This document shows, piece after piece, positions 13,553-25,690 of a stretch of DNA of 64,000 bases. The position numbers were made by a program, and so were the translations under genes. The stretch's first letter is position 1. Each line of letters opens with the position of its first letter. The notes beneath the pieces were generated by a model. It worked only from the letters and a program-made list of their open reading frames with translations, had not been told where the DNA came from and did no database searches. This DNA is from Eledone cirrhosa (Eukaryota). The stretch lies in assembly GCA_964016885.1 (NCBI GenBank), contig OZ024750.1:44082001-44146000 (forward strand). The letters are read 5' to 3'.

Positions 13553-13962
13553 TCGGGAGAGATGACCCCTTAGCCTTTGTCAAGGCAGAATTCTAGAGAA
13601 GGAAAACTCTGATATAACACCTGCAACCCTGATGGTATCCAATGATGTTGACTTGTTCTTCTTTTTGGTAAATATCATCTTGGTTAAGAGAGTGGGACTG
13701 GCTTTGTGCAGTGCCTTTGCTCACTATAAAAGCTTCACGGCACAGGCATTGCTTTATATCTGGAGATCTCTCTGCATTTGTCGTCACATGGTACCATGGG
13801 CCCAGCACTATGTGTCAATAATTGTCACAAGTGTAGTGTTTGTACCAGAGCTTTCAAGTCGCTGGCTGGACTAAAAAGTCACACTCGTTCAGCGCATCAG
13901 TAGGGGTTCTCCTACATGGATATAAAGTAGTGGCCGTACTCGAAAACGAGTTGGCAGCCACC
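13553..13962 (+). mobile_element. RTE/BovB-like derived non-autonomous element with (TGTA)n tail
   Basis: 13832-13903 reads CSVCTRAFKSLAGLKSHTRSAHQ*, a C2H2 finger typical of BovB-like ORF ends. It is followed by a short 3' UTR with the hairpin ACTCGAAAACGAGT and then (TGTA)n. A second copy lies at 23035-23240. Confidence 0.72.
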
Positions 13963-14067
13963 ATGTATGTATGTATGTAATGTATGTATGTATGTATGTA
14001 TGTATGTATGTATATAGGTAAGTTTGTCTATTTGTATGTATGTATTTATGCATGTATGTACGTATGC

Positions 14068-14267
14068 NNNNNNNNNNNNNNNNNNNNNNNNNNNNNNNNN
14101 NNNNNNNNNNNNNNNNNNNNNNNNNNNNNNNNNNNNNNNNNNNNNNNNNNNNNNNNNNNNNNNNNNNNNNNNNNNNNNNNNNNNNNNNNNNNNNNNNNNN
14201 NNNNNNNNNNNNNNNNNNNNNNNNNNNNNNNNNNNNNNNNNNNNNNNNNNNNNNNNNNNNNNNNNNN
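14068..14267. other. Assembly gap (200 N)
   Basis: Run of n. Confidence 1.
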
Positions 14268-16046
14268 GAGGCGCAGACATGCGCCATTCCCGACAGATCC
14301 ATCCACGACAACCTCCACCTCATGCGATACATCGTAGAGTGGGTAGCTAGGGAACCTGGCACGGGTGGGTCCTTGATCAATTTAGATCAGTCGAAAGCTT
14401 TCGATAGGGTCGACCATCGTTACCTAGCGGCAGTCCTGAGGGCGGCTGGCTTTGGGCCCGTCTTCAGAGGCTGGATCGCTGCCATGCACAGCGACATCTG
14501 CTCTGTGGTGAGAGTGAACGGTCACCTGTCGGAACCGTTCAACATCATGCGCTCGGTCCGCCAAGGATGTCCCCTCTCGTCCCTCTTGTACGTATTGACG
14601 CTCGAGCCATTACTGCACAAACTGGAGACGTTGAGGGGAGTCCCGCGCGAACTAGGATGCGGAAGATCCGTGTCAGCATATGCGGACGATGTCACCGTAG
14701 TGGTGTCGAACGCCAAACACATCGAGGCGATCGGCACTACACTAAGAGAATACGAAGCGGTGACAGGAGCAATGATCAACCAGGAAAAGTCAGTGGGCCT
14801 GCAGCTCGGCACCTGGAGAGGCAGGTCCATGCCGTCCAACAGCGTTGTCGGGCGCTGGACGGACGGACCGGTTAAATTGCTAGGGGTCTGGTTCGGTCCG
14901 GACCTCCAGACGGACAAAAACTGGGACGAGGTGACGAGCAGGGTGGCTTCTCTCACCCAGAAATGGGCGGAGAGGAAGCTATCCCTGAAAGGTCGAGCGG
15001 AGGTGGCTAACGCGTACATCGCGTCTGTCATCTGCTACCGCCTAACCGTCGTACCTTGTCCTAAGCCTCGCCTGACTGCGCTGGAGCGTTTGCTCTTTCG
15101 CTTTTTGTGGAAGGGATGTGCTCCGATGGTCAGGCGGTCCATCTGTTGTCAACACCCGCTACGTGGAGGGCTGGGCATGCCGTGGCTGATGATGCGCAGG
15201 CACGCGCTCAGGCTACGACATCTCCACCTCTTCCTCGACGGTGATCAGGTGTGGTCGCCGTTTGCTAGACGAGTTTTTCCCCAGCTCGTTTCCTTGACGG
15301 AGCTGCAGTCCTGGGTCAAGCGAAGACCGAGAGGGAGCGCCTGGAGACTGGAATGTCTTCAGGCGCTCACAGCCCTCGACCAATCGGGCAATGTGATCGG
15401 TGGAAACTCCACCTCGGCGTTCTATAGAGGATTAGTGGAGGGGAAGAGCGACGACGTACTTGGGGAAACTCTAGGCGTCGACGAAAATCAACTAGCCAAT
15501 CTCTTCGGAAGAACTTTCGGACCAGGGCCTATGGACAACTTCCAGAAATCTCTGGCCTGGCAGTGCTACCGAGGAGCCTTGCCAGTTCGGGATAAACTCT
15601 ACAGGCATGGAGGTGCCGTCAGCCGGGCATGTCCGAGATGCGCGCAGGGCGACGAAACCGTCCTGCACGCACTCGTCCAGTGTCCGAAAATTGCTGATTT
15701 GTGGGTTTATGTCGAACACCTGCTGTCGCGTTTAGGACGGATCCAGCTATCATCTGAGTCTATCGTGAGGATTGCCCCGCCCTCCTCCTTTAGCCGGGAA
15801 GGGCAGGCAGTTTTTATCTGTCTGGTGGCCATGGCGAAAGAGATAGTATGGTGGACACGTTTGAAAGGGCTGAAGACGAGCACTTACCTCTTCGGTGATG
15901 CTCTGATTGACTTTTTCAAATTTCATTTGAAAAGGAAAATCAGAGTAGAGAAGGAAGTGCTCTCTTCCCAGCATTTTGTTGAAAGATGGATGAGAGAAGC
16001 AAGAATGGCCCGAGTGAATGGGCCGACTCTGAGTATATATCTGTAA
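14268..16046 (+). CDS. Tx1/L1-clade LINE ORF2, RT plus C-terminal CCHC; 5' part lost in the gap
   Basis: Motifs LDQSKAFDRV, VRQGCPLS, YADD, KLLGV and CPRC..ETVLHALVQC. The 3' UTR has AATAAA near 16296 and runs into (ATT)n. Confidence 0.93.
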   Translation, partial: EAQTCAIPDRSIHDNLHLMRYIVEWVAREPGTGGSLINLDQSKAFDRVDHRYLAAVLRAAGFGPVFRGWIAAMHSDICSVVRVNGHLSEPFNIMRSVRQGCPLSSLLYVLTLEPLLHKLETLRGVPRELGCGRSVSAYADDVTVVVSNAKHIEAIGTTLREYEAVTGAMINQEKSVGLQLGTWRGRSMPSNSVVGRWTDGPVKLLGVWFGPDLQTDKNWDEVTSRVASLTQKWAERKLSLKGRAEVANAYIASVICYRLTVVPCPKPRLTALERLLFRFLWKGCAPMVRRSICCQHPLRGGLGMPWLMMRRHALRLRHLHLFLDGDQVWSPFARRVFPQLVSLTELQSWVKRRPRGSAWRLECLQALTALDQSGNVIGGNSTSAFYRGLVEGKSDDVLGETLGVDENQLANLFGRTFGPGPMDNFQKSLAWQCYRGALPVRDKLYRHGGAVSRACPRCAQGDETVLHALVQCPKIADLWVYVEHLLSRLGRIQLSSESIVRIAPPSSFSREGQAVFICLVAMAKEIVWWTRLKGLKTSTYLFGDALIDFFKFHLKRKIRVEKEVLSSQHFVERWMREARMARVNGPTLSIYL

Positions 16047-16306
16047 ACTAAAGGTGGAAAACTGGGAGAGGGCACTTGCCTTGGTGGTCAGGGTCATTGT
16101 GGCTTTTTACTGGGCTTTCTCCACAAATGTCCCTCCGAAGTCTCCCCCCTATTGGGGAATTTTTCATTGTTATTTTCATTGGTATTTTTGTTACATCCTC
16201 TGTTTTTGTTTTTTTACACGCAGAAATGCCCATTTGTACCGTCCTGCATTGTCCTGCACTGTCCTTAATGTCTACTTTATGTAAACCCTTGTGGTTAATA
16301 AAGAAA

Positions 16307-16351
<45 letters not shown>

Positions 16352-16844
16352 GGGCGTGGATTGGCAGTATCGGTAGAGAGTCGGACACTATGCTTTGAAG
16401 CATAGAGTTACGTCCCTTTATGATCTGAGTTCAAATCCCGCCGAGGTTAACTTTGCCTTTCATCCTTACGGGGTCGATAAAATAAAGTACCAGTAATGTA
16501 CTGTGTAATTGCTGGCCTTGTGCCTAAAGTAGAAACAATTATTATTATTATTATTCGGTGGATAAGGATGCAATTCAACTTAAGCACTCGACGTCATATT
16601 CTACAAAATAGGGATTAGAATGAGGACGGACAAATAAAGCAAAAGCATCAGATTTTTTTTAATTCCTTCCCCCCACCCATAATTGCCTCGGAAACTTTAC
16701 CTTTCACTCAATTTTGCTGTCTGATGAGATCACGCAACTGATCGTCATTGAAATATGTGTAACGGCTCAATTAATAAAGGACTCTTTAACTTCTAAAACT
16801 TTGAATTTTCCTCACTTCCTCTCCTCCCTCTCTCTCTCTGTCTC

Positions 16845-16883
<39 letters not shown>

Positions 16884-18308
16884 GTATATATATGTATATA
16901 TATATATATAATTGAATAAACAAGAGAGATGAACACTAATATAAACATACATATGTCCGAATTAGTGTCCATCACTCTTGTTTATTCAATTACATTACAC
17001 GGCTCGGAAAAGTTTTTTTCTTAGAGCTATTTAATTGTAAGAGACTACTCTGAGTTTCTAAGTCACTATATATGTGTATATATATGGGTAGATTACACCA
17101 CAAATGTTATATATCATTAAACCTGAATCATATGGGATGTTACAAGATTTCTTACAAGATTTCTCATACATACCATATCAATAACCATTATGGCGGTGGA
17201 TTGGCAGTATTGGTAGAGTGTCGGATGCCATGCTTTGGCGCATAGAGTTACGGCCCTTGCCATTCTGAGTTCAAATCCCGCCGAGGTTAACTTTGCCTTT
17301 CATTCTTACGGGGTCGATAAAATAAAGTACCAGTAATGCACTGGGTAATTGCTGGCCTTGTGCCTAACGTAGAAACAATTATTGATATGGTATGTATGAG
17401 AAATCTTGTAAGAAATTTTGTAACATCGCATATGACTCAGGTTGAATGAAATATAACATTTGTGGTGTAATCTACCCTCGTAATTTTAGACATGGCTTTA
17501 CTGTGTTTACTTCTACACATATTAATATAATAATTGTTTCTACTTTTGGCACAAGGCCAGCAATTACCCAGTACATTACTGGTACTTTATTTTATCGACC
17601 CCGTGAGGATGAAAGGTAAAGTTAACCTTGACGGGATTTGAACTCAGATCCTAAAGAGACGTAACTATGCTAGAAAGCATGGCGTCCAACTCTCTACCGA
17701 TACTGCCAATTCACCGCCCTTAATATTATAATTGTTTCTACGTTAGGCACAAGGCCAGCAATTACCCAGTGCATTACTGGTACTTTAATATTATAATTGT
17801 TTCTACGTTAGGCACAAGGCCAGCAATTAACCAGTGCATTACTGGTACTTTATTTTATCGACCCTGTAAGGATGCAAGGCAAAGTTAACCTCGGCGGGGT
17901 TTGAACTCAGAATGGCAAGTGCCTTAACTCTATACGTCAAAGCATGGCGTCCAACCCTCTCCCAATACTGCCAATCCACCGCCAATGCTCAGTATTTATA
18001 CTTTGAGCTTGTTAATTGCCGGGTATCTATATGAGTTTGTAACTCTATATTTTATTTGTATGTATATATATGTATATTTAATATACATAAGCATATCGTG
18101 AATAGCTACTCGGAGTTATTCTTTGTGGATTGGCAGTATCGGTAGAGAGTCGGACTCCATGCTTTCCAGCATAGTTACGTCCATTTACGATCTGTGTTCA
18201 AATCCCGCCGAGGTTGACTTTGCCTTTCATCCTTATGGGGTCGATAAAATAAAGTACCAGTAATACACTGGGTAATTGCTGGCCTTGTGCCTAAAGTAGA
18301 AACAGTTA
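16352..18308. mobile_element. Cluster of tRNA-derived SINEs of about 190 bp: + at 16352-16540, 17192-17380 and 18125-18308; - at 17532-17720, 17730-17787 (partial) and 17794-17983
   Basis: Pol III A box TGGCAGTATCGG, B box GAGTTCAAATCC, body GCCTTTCATCCTTACGGGGTCGATAAAATAAAGTACCAG, and (ATT)n tail. Confidence 0.9.
16716..16766 (+). ncRNA. Type I hammerhead ribozyme motif
   Basis: Stem I GCUGU/ACGGC, core CUGAUGA, stem II GAUcACG/CGUcAUU, GAAA, short weak stem III, GUA site. AATAAA follows within about 10 nt. Confidence 0.65.
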
Positions 18309-18495
18309 TTCTTTATCTACCAACATTAGGTGAATACGAGAACCTCACACAGTCTCAGCTTTCACTAAGCCATGATATCTAACGGTATTGAGACCTTTTT
18401 CAATTAATTGATATACACACTGGTGTGAACTCTTCAGGAAAACACAAACACACACATATATAAATATATATATAAATATATAAATATACATACAT

Positions 18496-18576
<81 letters not shown>

Positions 18577-18639
18577 TATATATAGATATATAGATATTTA
18601 TATGTACGTATGTATGTATATTTATATATATATTCGTTC

Positions 18640-18795
<156 letters not shown>

Positions 18796-18858
18796 GAACG
18801 TATGTATAATTCCAATTACTGGTACGTATGTAGTTACTTAGCCTTCAATATCAAATTA

Positions 18859-18905
<47 letters not shown>

Positions 18906-19029
18906 TTGTGTGTGTGTGTGTGTGTGTGTGTACACAAGCTTAAGAAATGACTACATCAAATGTCATTATCTCATCACTATTTACAAATTTACCTCAGGCT
19001 GTACTTATTGTTCATTTAGTACATGTTAT

Positions 19030-19841
19030 TGTCGTCGTTGTTGTCGTTGATGTTGTTTCCTGTTGTTGTTGTTGTTGTTGTTATTGTTGTTGTTTCTATT
19101 GTTCGTCTGTGCTTTTCTTAATCTTCTACTATTTACACTATTTCTTCTTCTTCTTCTTCTTCTTCTTCTTCTTCTTCTTCTTCTTCTTCTTCTTCTTCTT
19201 CTTCTTCTTCTTCTTTTTCTTCTCCTTTTTCTTCTTTTTCTTTTCCTTCTTCTTCTTCTTCTTCTTCTTCTTCTTCTTCTTCTTCTTCTTCTTCTTCTTT
19301 TTATTCTTATTCTTTTTCTTCTTCTTCTTCTTCTTCTTCTTCTTCTTCTTCTTCTTCTTCTTCTTCTTTTTCTTTTTCTTCTTATTCTTTTTCTTTTCCT
19401 TTTTCTTTTTCTTTTCCTTTTTTCTTTCTTTTTCTTCTTTTTCTTCACATTATCATTACCATTATTATTTTATTGTTGTTGTTGTTATTATAGTTTTGCG
19501 TTGTTGTTCGTCCCCACCATTTTCCCCAAAGTTTACACCAAGTTTTCCCCTTCTTAGTTCTCTACATACGCCATCTTTGTTTTTAGTATTTTCTTATAGT
19601 TTTCCATGTCGAAGATGTTCGGAAACTTCCAGAAACACAACAACAACAAAGACAACAACAACAGAATTAATGACGACTGTAATATTAACAAAAATAATAC
19701 TAATATTAAATGATAATAATAATAGTAGTAGTATTACTAGTAGTAGTACTAGTAGTAGTAGTGGTGGTGGTGGTGGTGGTAGTAGTGGTGGTAGTAATAG
19801 TACTAGTATTAGTGGTGGTGGTGGTGGTGATGGTGGTAGTG

Positions 19842-19874
<33 letters not shown>

Positions 19875-19917
19875 CCAGTAGTATTAGTAGTGGTACCAGT
19901 AGTAGTAGTATTAGTAT

Positions 19918-19960
<43 letters not shown>
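19030..19960. repeat. Compound trinucleotide microsatellites (TTG, TTC, AGT/GGT)
   Basis: Direct inspection. Confidence 0.9.
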
Positions 19961-19961
<1 letters not shown>

Positions 19962-20039
19962 TGTACTTAAATATAAAGTAATAAAGAATATATGTTTATT
20001 CGAGTTTGGGTTTTGTTCTAATTAACATCTCTGTATATC

Positions 20040-21620
20040 ATCGCCATCATCATCATCATCATCGCCACCATCATCATTAATCATCATCATGTTCAACATC
20101 ACCATCATCATCATCATTATCACCATCATCATGACACCAGACAGTATCACGACAACAACCATCACACCCACTGTCACTCCCCACTACCATATCCACCCCA
20201 CCACTACACCAACACCGACGACGACTACCATCACCCCCACCCCCACCCACACACACACCACCAAAACCTCCAACACCCACTCACTACCACAACTACCACC
20301 ACCACTACACCACCTCCAACACCCACTCACTACCACCACCACCACCACCAACACTACCACCACCTCCAACACCCACTCACTACCACCACCTCCAACACCC
20401 ACTCACTACCACCACCACCACCACCACCAACACTACCACCATCTCCAACACCCACTCACAACCACCACCACCACCGCTACCACCACATCCAACACCCACT
20501 CACTACCACCACTACCACCACCACTACCACCACCTCCAACACCTACTCACTACCACCACCACCACCACCAACACTACCACCACCACCAATACCCACTCAC
20601 TACCACCACCACAATCACAACAACACCCACTCACTACCACCACCACCACCACCACAACAACACCTACTCACTACCACCATCACCACAACAACACCCACTC
20701 ACTACCACCACTACCATTGCCCCCCCCCCACTCACTACCACCACCACCACGAACACTACCACCACCTCCAATACCCACTCACTACCACCACGATCCCCAC
20801 CACTACCACCACCTCCAACACCAACTCACTACCACCACCACTACCAACACTACCACCACCTCCAACACCCACTCACTACCACCACCACCACTACCACCAC
20901 CTCCAACACCCACTCTCTACCACCACCACCACAACAACAACACCAACTCACTACCACCACCACCACCACAACAACACCCACTCTCTACCACCACCCCAAC
21001 ACTACCACCATAACAACACCCACTCACTACCACCACAACAACACTTACTCACTACCACCACCACCACCACCACCACAACACCCACTCACTACCACCACCA
21101 CCACCACCACCACAACACCCACTCACTACCACCACCACCACCACCACCACAACACCCACTCACTACCACCACCACCACCACCACCAACATCACCTCCAAC
21201 ACCCACTCACTACCACCACCACCACAACGACACCCACTCTCTACCACCACCACCACTACCACCACCTCCAATACCCACTCACTACCACCACCACCACCAC
21301 AACACCCACTCACTACCACCACCACCACCACAACACCCACTCACTACCACCACCACCACAACACCCACTCTCTACCACCACCACCACCACAACACCCACT
21401 CTCTACCACCACCACCACCACAACACCCACTCACTACCACCACCACCACCACAACACCCACTCTCTACCACCACCACCACCTCAACACCCACTCTCTACC
21501 ACCACCACCACCACAACACCCACTCTCTACCACCACCACCACCACAACACCACCACCACCAACATACCACGACAACCTCCAACACCATCATCATCACCAC
21601 CATAGCCATCACCATCATCA
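20040..21620. repeat. (CAC)n-rich degenerate minisatellite
   Basis: Recurrent AACACCCACTCACTACCACCACC. Confidence 0.92.
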
Positions 21621-21735
21621 TTTATTAATAATAAATATAATCACGTTATACACAAAATTGCCCAAACCCTATCCCTCTGCATGTTCCCACTAATCAATAT
21701 ATTACATGCTACTACTACTACTACTACTACTACTG

Positions 21736-21774
<39 letters not shown>

Positions 21775-21865
21775 TTGGTGGTGGTGTTGATTCTTTGTTT
21801 TATCATGTTTCTAAACCATCTCGTACTTTTTCCGGTTTCCTAAACACATTCATGCACACACATAC

Positions 21866-21898
<33 letters not shown>

Positions 21899-22092
21899 AA
21901 AAAGTATGACCCCGACGGCAGAGCTCAAGCCGTTTCGACGGCATTTCTGGAGTCCAGAAATAGCCATCGAAACGGCTTGAGCTCTGCCATCGGGGTCATA
22001 CATTTTCCTATTACCCACTCTATTACACTAAGTATTGAGTACTCTGGTGCGTTATGGTCCATCTGGTTCCTTACCACAATTCCTTCGTTATA

Positions 22093-22148
<56 letters not shown>

Positions 22149-22185
22149 TAGACAATTATCAAAGTTGTGTTCAAATCATTTAATA

Positions 22186-22230
22186 GCTGACAATCGTTTC
22201 TTCTAAACTTTCGTTTAGAGTCATCGGAGC
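22186..22230 (-). ncRNA. Hammerhead motif, slightly decayed
   Basis: Minus strand GCU-CCGAUGA-cUCUAAAC gaaa GUUUAGAa-GAAAC gauu GUC-AGC. It carries U4C and a C/A mismatch at the base of stem II. Confidence 0.6.
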
Positions 22231-23034
22231 ATTATTAATGTTTGTACATATAGTTAACGTCCTATTCAACTGAACAATTATATAGATACATATATATTGA
22301 TGTTGTGAGCAACAGTTTCGTATTTGCAGGCTGTACTGGATGCGACATATATTAAACAAGAATTGTACAATAATTCAAATTAAAAACACAGAGTGGAATA
22401 CATGCAACAGATAATACAAGAGAATAGTCTAATAATTAAAGAGTCATTGAGAAAGGAGCATTGAGAGAGAAAGCGTACATTAGCAATACATATGCAGTCG
22501 TGTAGAAAGTCCACATGTGTTAGTCATAAATATGAGAAGGAAATAAGCAAAGGTATTATGTATATGTTGATAAATAAATACTGTATGTTAAGCAAATATG
22601 TTAATGTATTAAAATCTATGGCGGATGTAATATGTTGATAGTGTTCGAATTTGTGTGTGTTGAGAAGAACACAGTTACTGCAGTCCTTTCCATTACATAT
22701 GTTGAATTATATTTTAGTTAATGTTTATATTGAATGTTTTAAGTTAGTTAAAGCAATGGATTATAAATTAGTCTTATTGTATTCTTATTCATGGACAATA
22801 GTTGTTCAACAGGTAGTTTTTCCAACGGTTTAATTTCCGGAAGTGTGTATACGATCCAAGATTAAGGGGAGGTAACTAGCTAATTAAATTCAATTATTTA
22901 AATTATTTGCTCTAATACACATTATAATATATATATATATATATATATACAAATATAAATTCATCGAGAATCTTATTTCGGCTGGTAGAAGTATATACAT
23001 ATCGATATATACATACATACATACATACATACAT

Positions 23035-23240
23035 GGTGGCTGCCAACTCGTTTTCGAGTACGGCCACTACTTTATATCCATGTAGGAGAACTCTTACCGA
23101 TGCGCTGAACGAGTGTGACTTTTTAGTCCAGCCAGCGACTTGAAAACTCTGGTACAAACACTACACTTGTGACGATTATTGACACATAGTGCTGGGCCCT
23201 TGGTACCATGTGACGACAAGAGAGATCTCCAGATATAAAG
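23035..23240 (-). mobile_element. 3' fragment of the same RTE/BovB-like family as 13553-13962
   Basis: Reverse complement of about 13752-13962 with a (TACA)n tail on the left. Confidence 0.85.
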
Positions 23241-23310
23241 ATATATACATACATACATGTATATATATATATATATATATGTATATAGTAATAATATATA
23301 TAGTAATAAT

Positions 23311-23438
23311 AATTGTTTCTAGTTTTGCCACAATGCCAGCAATTAATCCAGTGTATTACTGGTACTTTATTTTATCGACCTCGTAAGGATGAAAGGCAAA
23401 GTTAACCTCGGCGGGATATAATAAACTTTAATCTTTTA

Positions 23439-23514
<76 letters not shown>

Positions 23515-23690
23515 GTTTTTACTTTAGGCACAAGGCCAGCACTTACCCAGTGCATTACTGCTACTTTATTTTATCGACCCCGTAAGGATGAAAGGCAAAG
23601 TCAACCCGGTGGGATTTGAACTCAGATCGTAAAGGGACGTAACTATGCTGGAAAGCATGGCGTCCGACCCTCTACCGATACTGCCAATCC
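23311..23690 (-). mobile_element. Two tRNA-derived SINE copies (23311-23417 partial, 23511-23690)
   Basis: Same body as the 16352 family. Confidence 0.88.
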
Positions 23691-23771
23691 GAAAGAATCA
23701 GTTTTGCATCATATACATATTTAATTACATATTACATATGTTTCACTGTCGATCAGCTCGAGTAATGATTG

Positions 23772-23876
<105 letters not shown>

Positions 23877-24384
23877 ATATTCATGTATATAAGCTAACAT
23901 GTTTTCTTGATACGATCTATTGGCATAATTAATAGTACTATCTATTGGAAAGGCTTCTTCGGGGTTTTCTATGTAAGCGATTCCCCTCAGAACGCTTGAA
24001 TTGACGCTAGAGGTAAATGGACGTCCGTCGATATCGACGATGAATGTCCCAGCTGCCAGTTAATCGCAACAGACTGCTCAACATTCCACTGACACGTCTA
24101 CAGTCCATACGATGGATTCTAAATAGTTTTCTTCTACAGAAATTTGATCATGTTTGGACACGATCCGACACTCTGTTAAATGGTAAAGTATAGACCCCGT
24201 TTGGTCACGAATGACTGGCTTTTGCACGAAGAAATTCCCCTCCGAAGCACAATGTTGTTTGTGGAAGACCAGCTGTCGCCCATACATACCAGTAACTGAT
24301 CTACACGCCACCAATTTTGTCCAAAGGAAACGCAATGGCCGATACAGCTTGACACCAATTAATTAACAAACCAGTTCTACCACT

Positions 24385-24505
24385 GAGTGAACTGGAAAAA
24401 CGTGAAATAAAGTGTTCTGCTCAAGAACACAGCGGAAAGCCCGGTCTGGTAATCGAACTCACAACCCCTCAATTGCATATCCAACACTGTAACCACTAAG
24501 ACACT
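24385..24505 (-). mobile_element. Older tRNA-headed SINE fragment of a different family
   Basis: Minus strand reads TAGTGGTTA...GTGAGTTCGATTACC...TGTGTTCTTGAGCAG. A similar + fragment lies at about 51998-52057. Confidence 0.55.
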
Positions 24506-25159
24506 TGCTTAAGAAAGCATGCTGGGTGATGGAAAAAGGAATCTTATAACTAGCGAAGCGAACTTCTTCACCACGTCCACTCTAATATATGCTGTCTTCT
24601 ACGAAACCACATAATTTTCTTTGCTCTCCTTTTCTAATATTTCCGATTTAATTCTCGAGAATTCTATCTATAGAACAAGTACGACCAGAAATATATCTTA
24701 CAGGCACTGGACACTACCTTATTCTGCCTCTGTGCGTCCATATTTCTCATTGAATTCCATACAATTTATGTACATTCACTTATATTTGACGACACAGACC
24801 AACGCCAATGCTGCTTAAACACATGTTATGCGTTTTATACCCTCTTTGATAATCTATATCTCGTTTAAGAATCATTTCTGTCCCATGAATAACAATCACA
24901 TGGCCACTGTACACCATAACACCAATTTCTGGAAAAAAAAATGCAATAATAGAGTTAGCAGGAAATAGTGAGCTAAAAAGGTGGATTTTGTGTTGATCTA
25001 AACGTTAGTTGGACAGAGATTTATACAAACGCATACATGTACACATATATACTAGAAACTTACACATGCACACACATGTACACAATTATATATTTATATA
25101 TCTCTATATACATTTATCTACCTATATATCTATCAATCTATCTATTTATCTATCTATCT

Positions 25160-25270
<111 letters not shown>

Positions 25271-25403
25271 GAAGACTCCCCCCGCCGTTCTTGCTTTCTT
25301 CTTACTCTCAGTCCATTTTTTAAGCGTAACTTACTAGCAACTACACAGCCACCATATTCTCCATATATATATATATATATTATATATATATATATTATAT
25401 ATA

Positions 25404-25463
<60 letters not shown>

Positions 25464-25690
25464 TCACACACATAAGTGTGCGTGCGTGTTACATCAGTGA
25501 AATCTGGAGTATATGTTGTCTTGGTCAGCAAGATACTTACGACACACACACACTCACAAACACTAGACATCTAAAGTCTATTTGCATATATTCTTTTTAT
25601 ATATACATAAGGAAAATTTAAGTCTTTAGAAACTGGCTGACACACAAGAGATTCACACCAGTGTGTAAATATATATAATCATTATTATTA

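Noticed and set aside
14040-14267. N-terminal extension of the 668-aa ORF
   Set aside because: It is read through a (TGTA)n tract and an N gap; adjacency across the gap is unverified.
18385-18442. CUGANGA hits here and near 730, 46955, 47577, 54295, 55709 and 58703
   Set aside because: None has compatible stems with a correctly placed GAAA.
18947-19981. 344-aa poly-F/S/G ORF and the many YI/CV/HT ORFs across the window
   Set aside because: Microsatellite translations.
20089-21693. 534-aa Thr/His/Pro-rich ORF resembling a mucin or extensin
   Set aside because: CAC-repeat DNA drifting through all three frames; no signal peptide or consistent peptide repeat.
23729-23770. Minus-strand GCUG/CAGU stem plus GAAACAUAUGUA
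   Set aside because: The left core is unrecognisable and stem I is absent; too weak to count.
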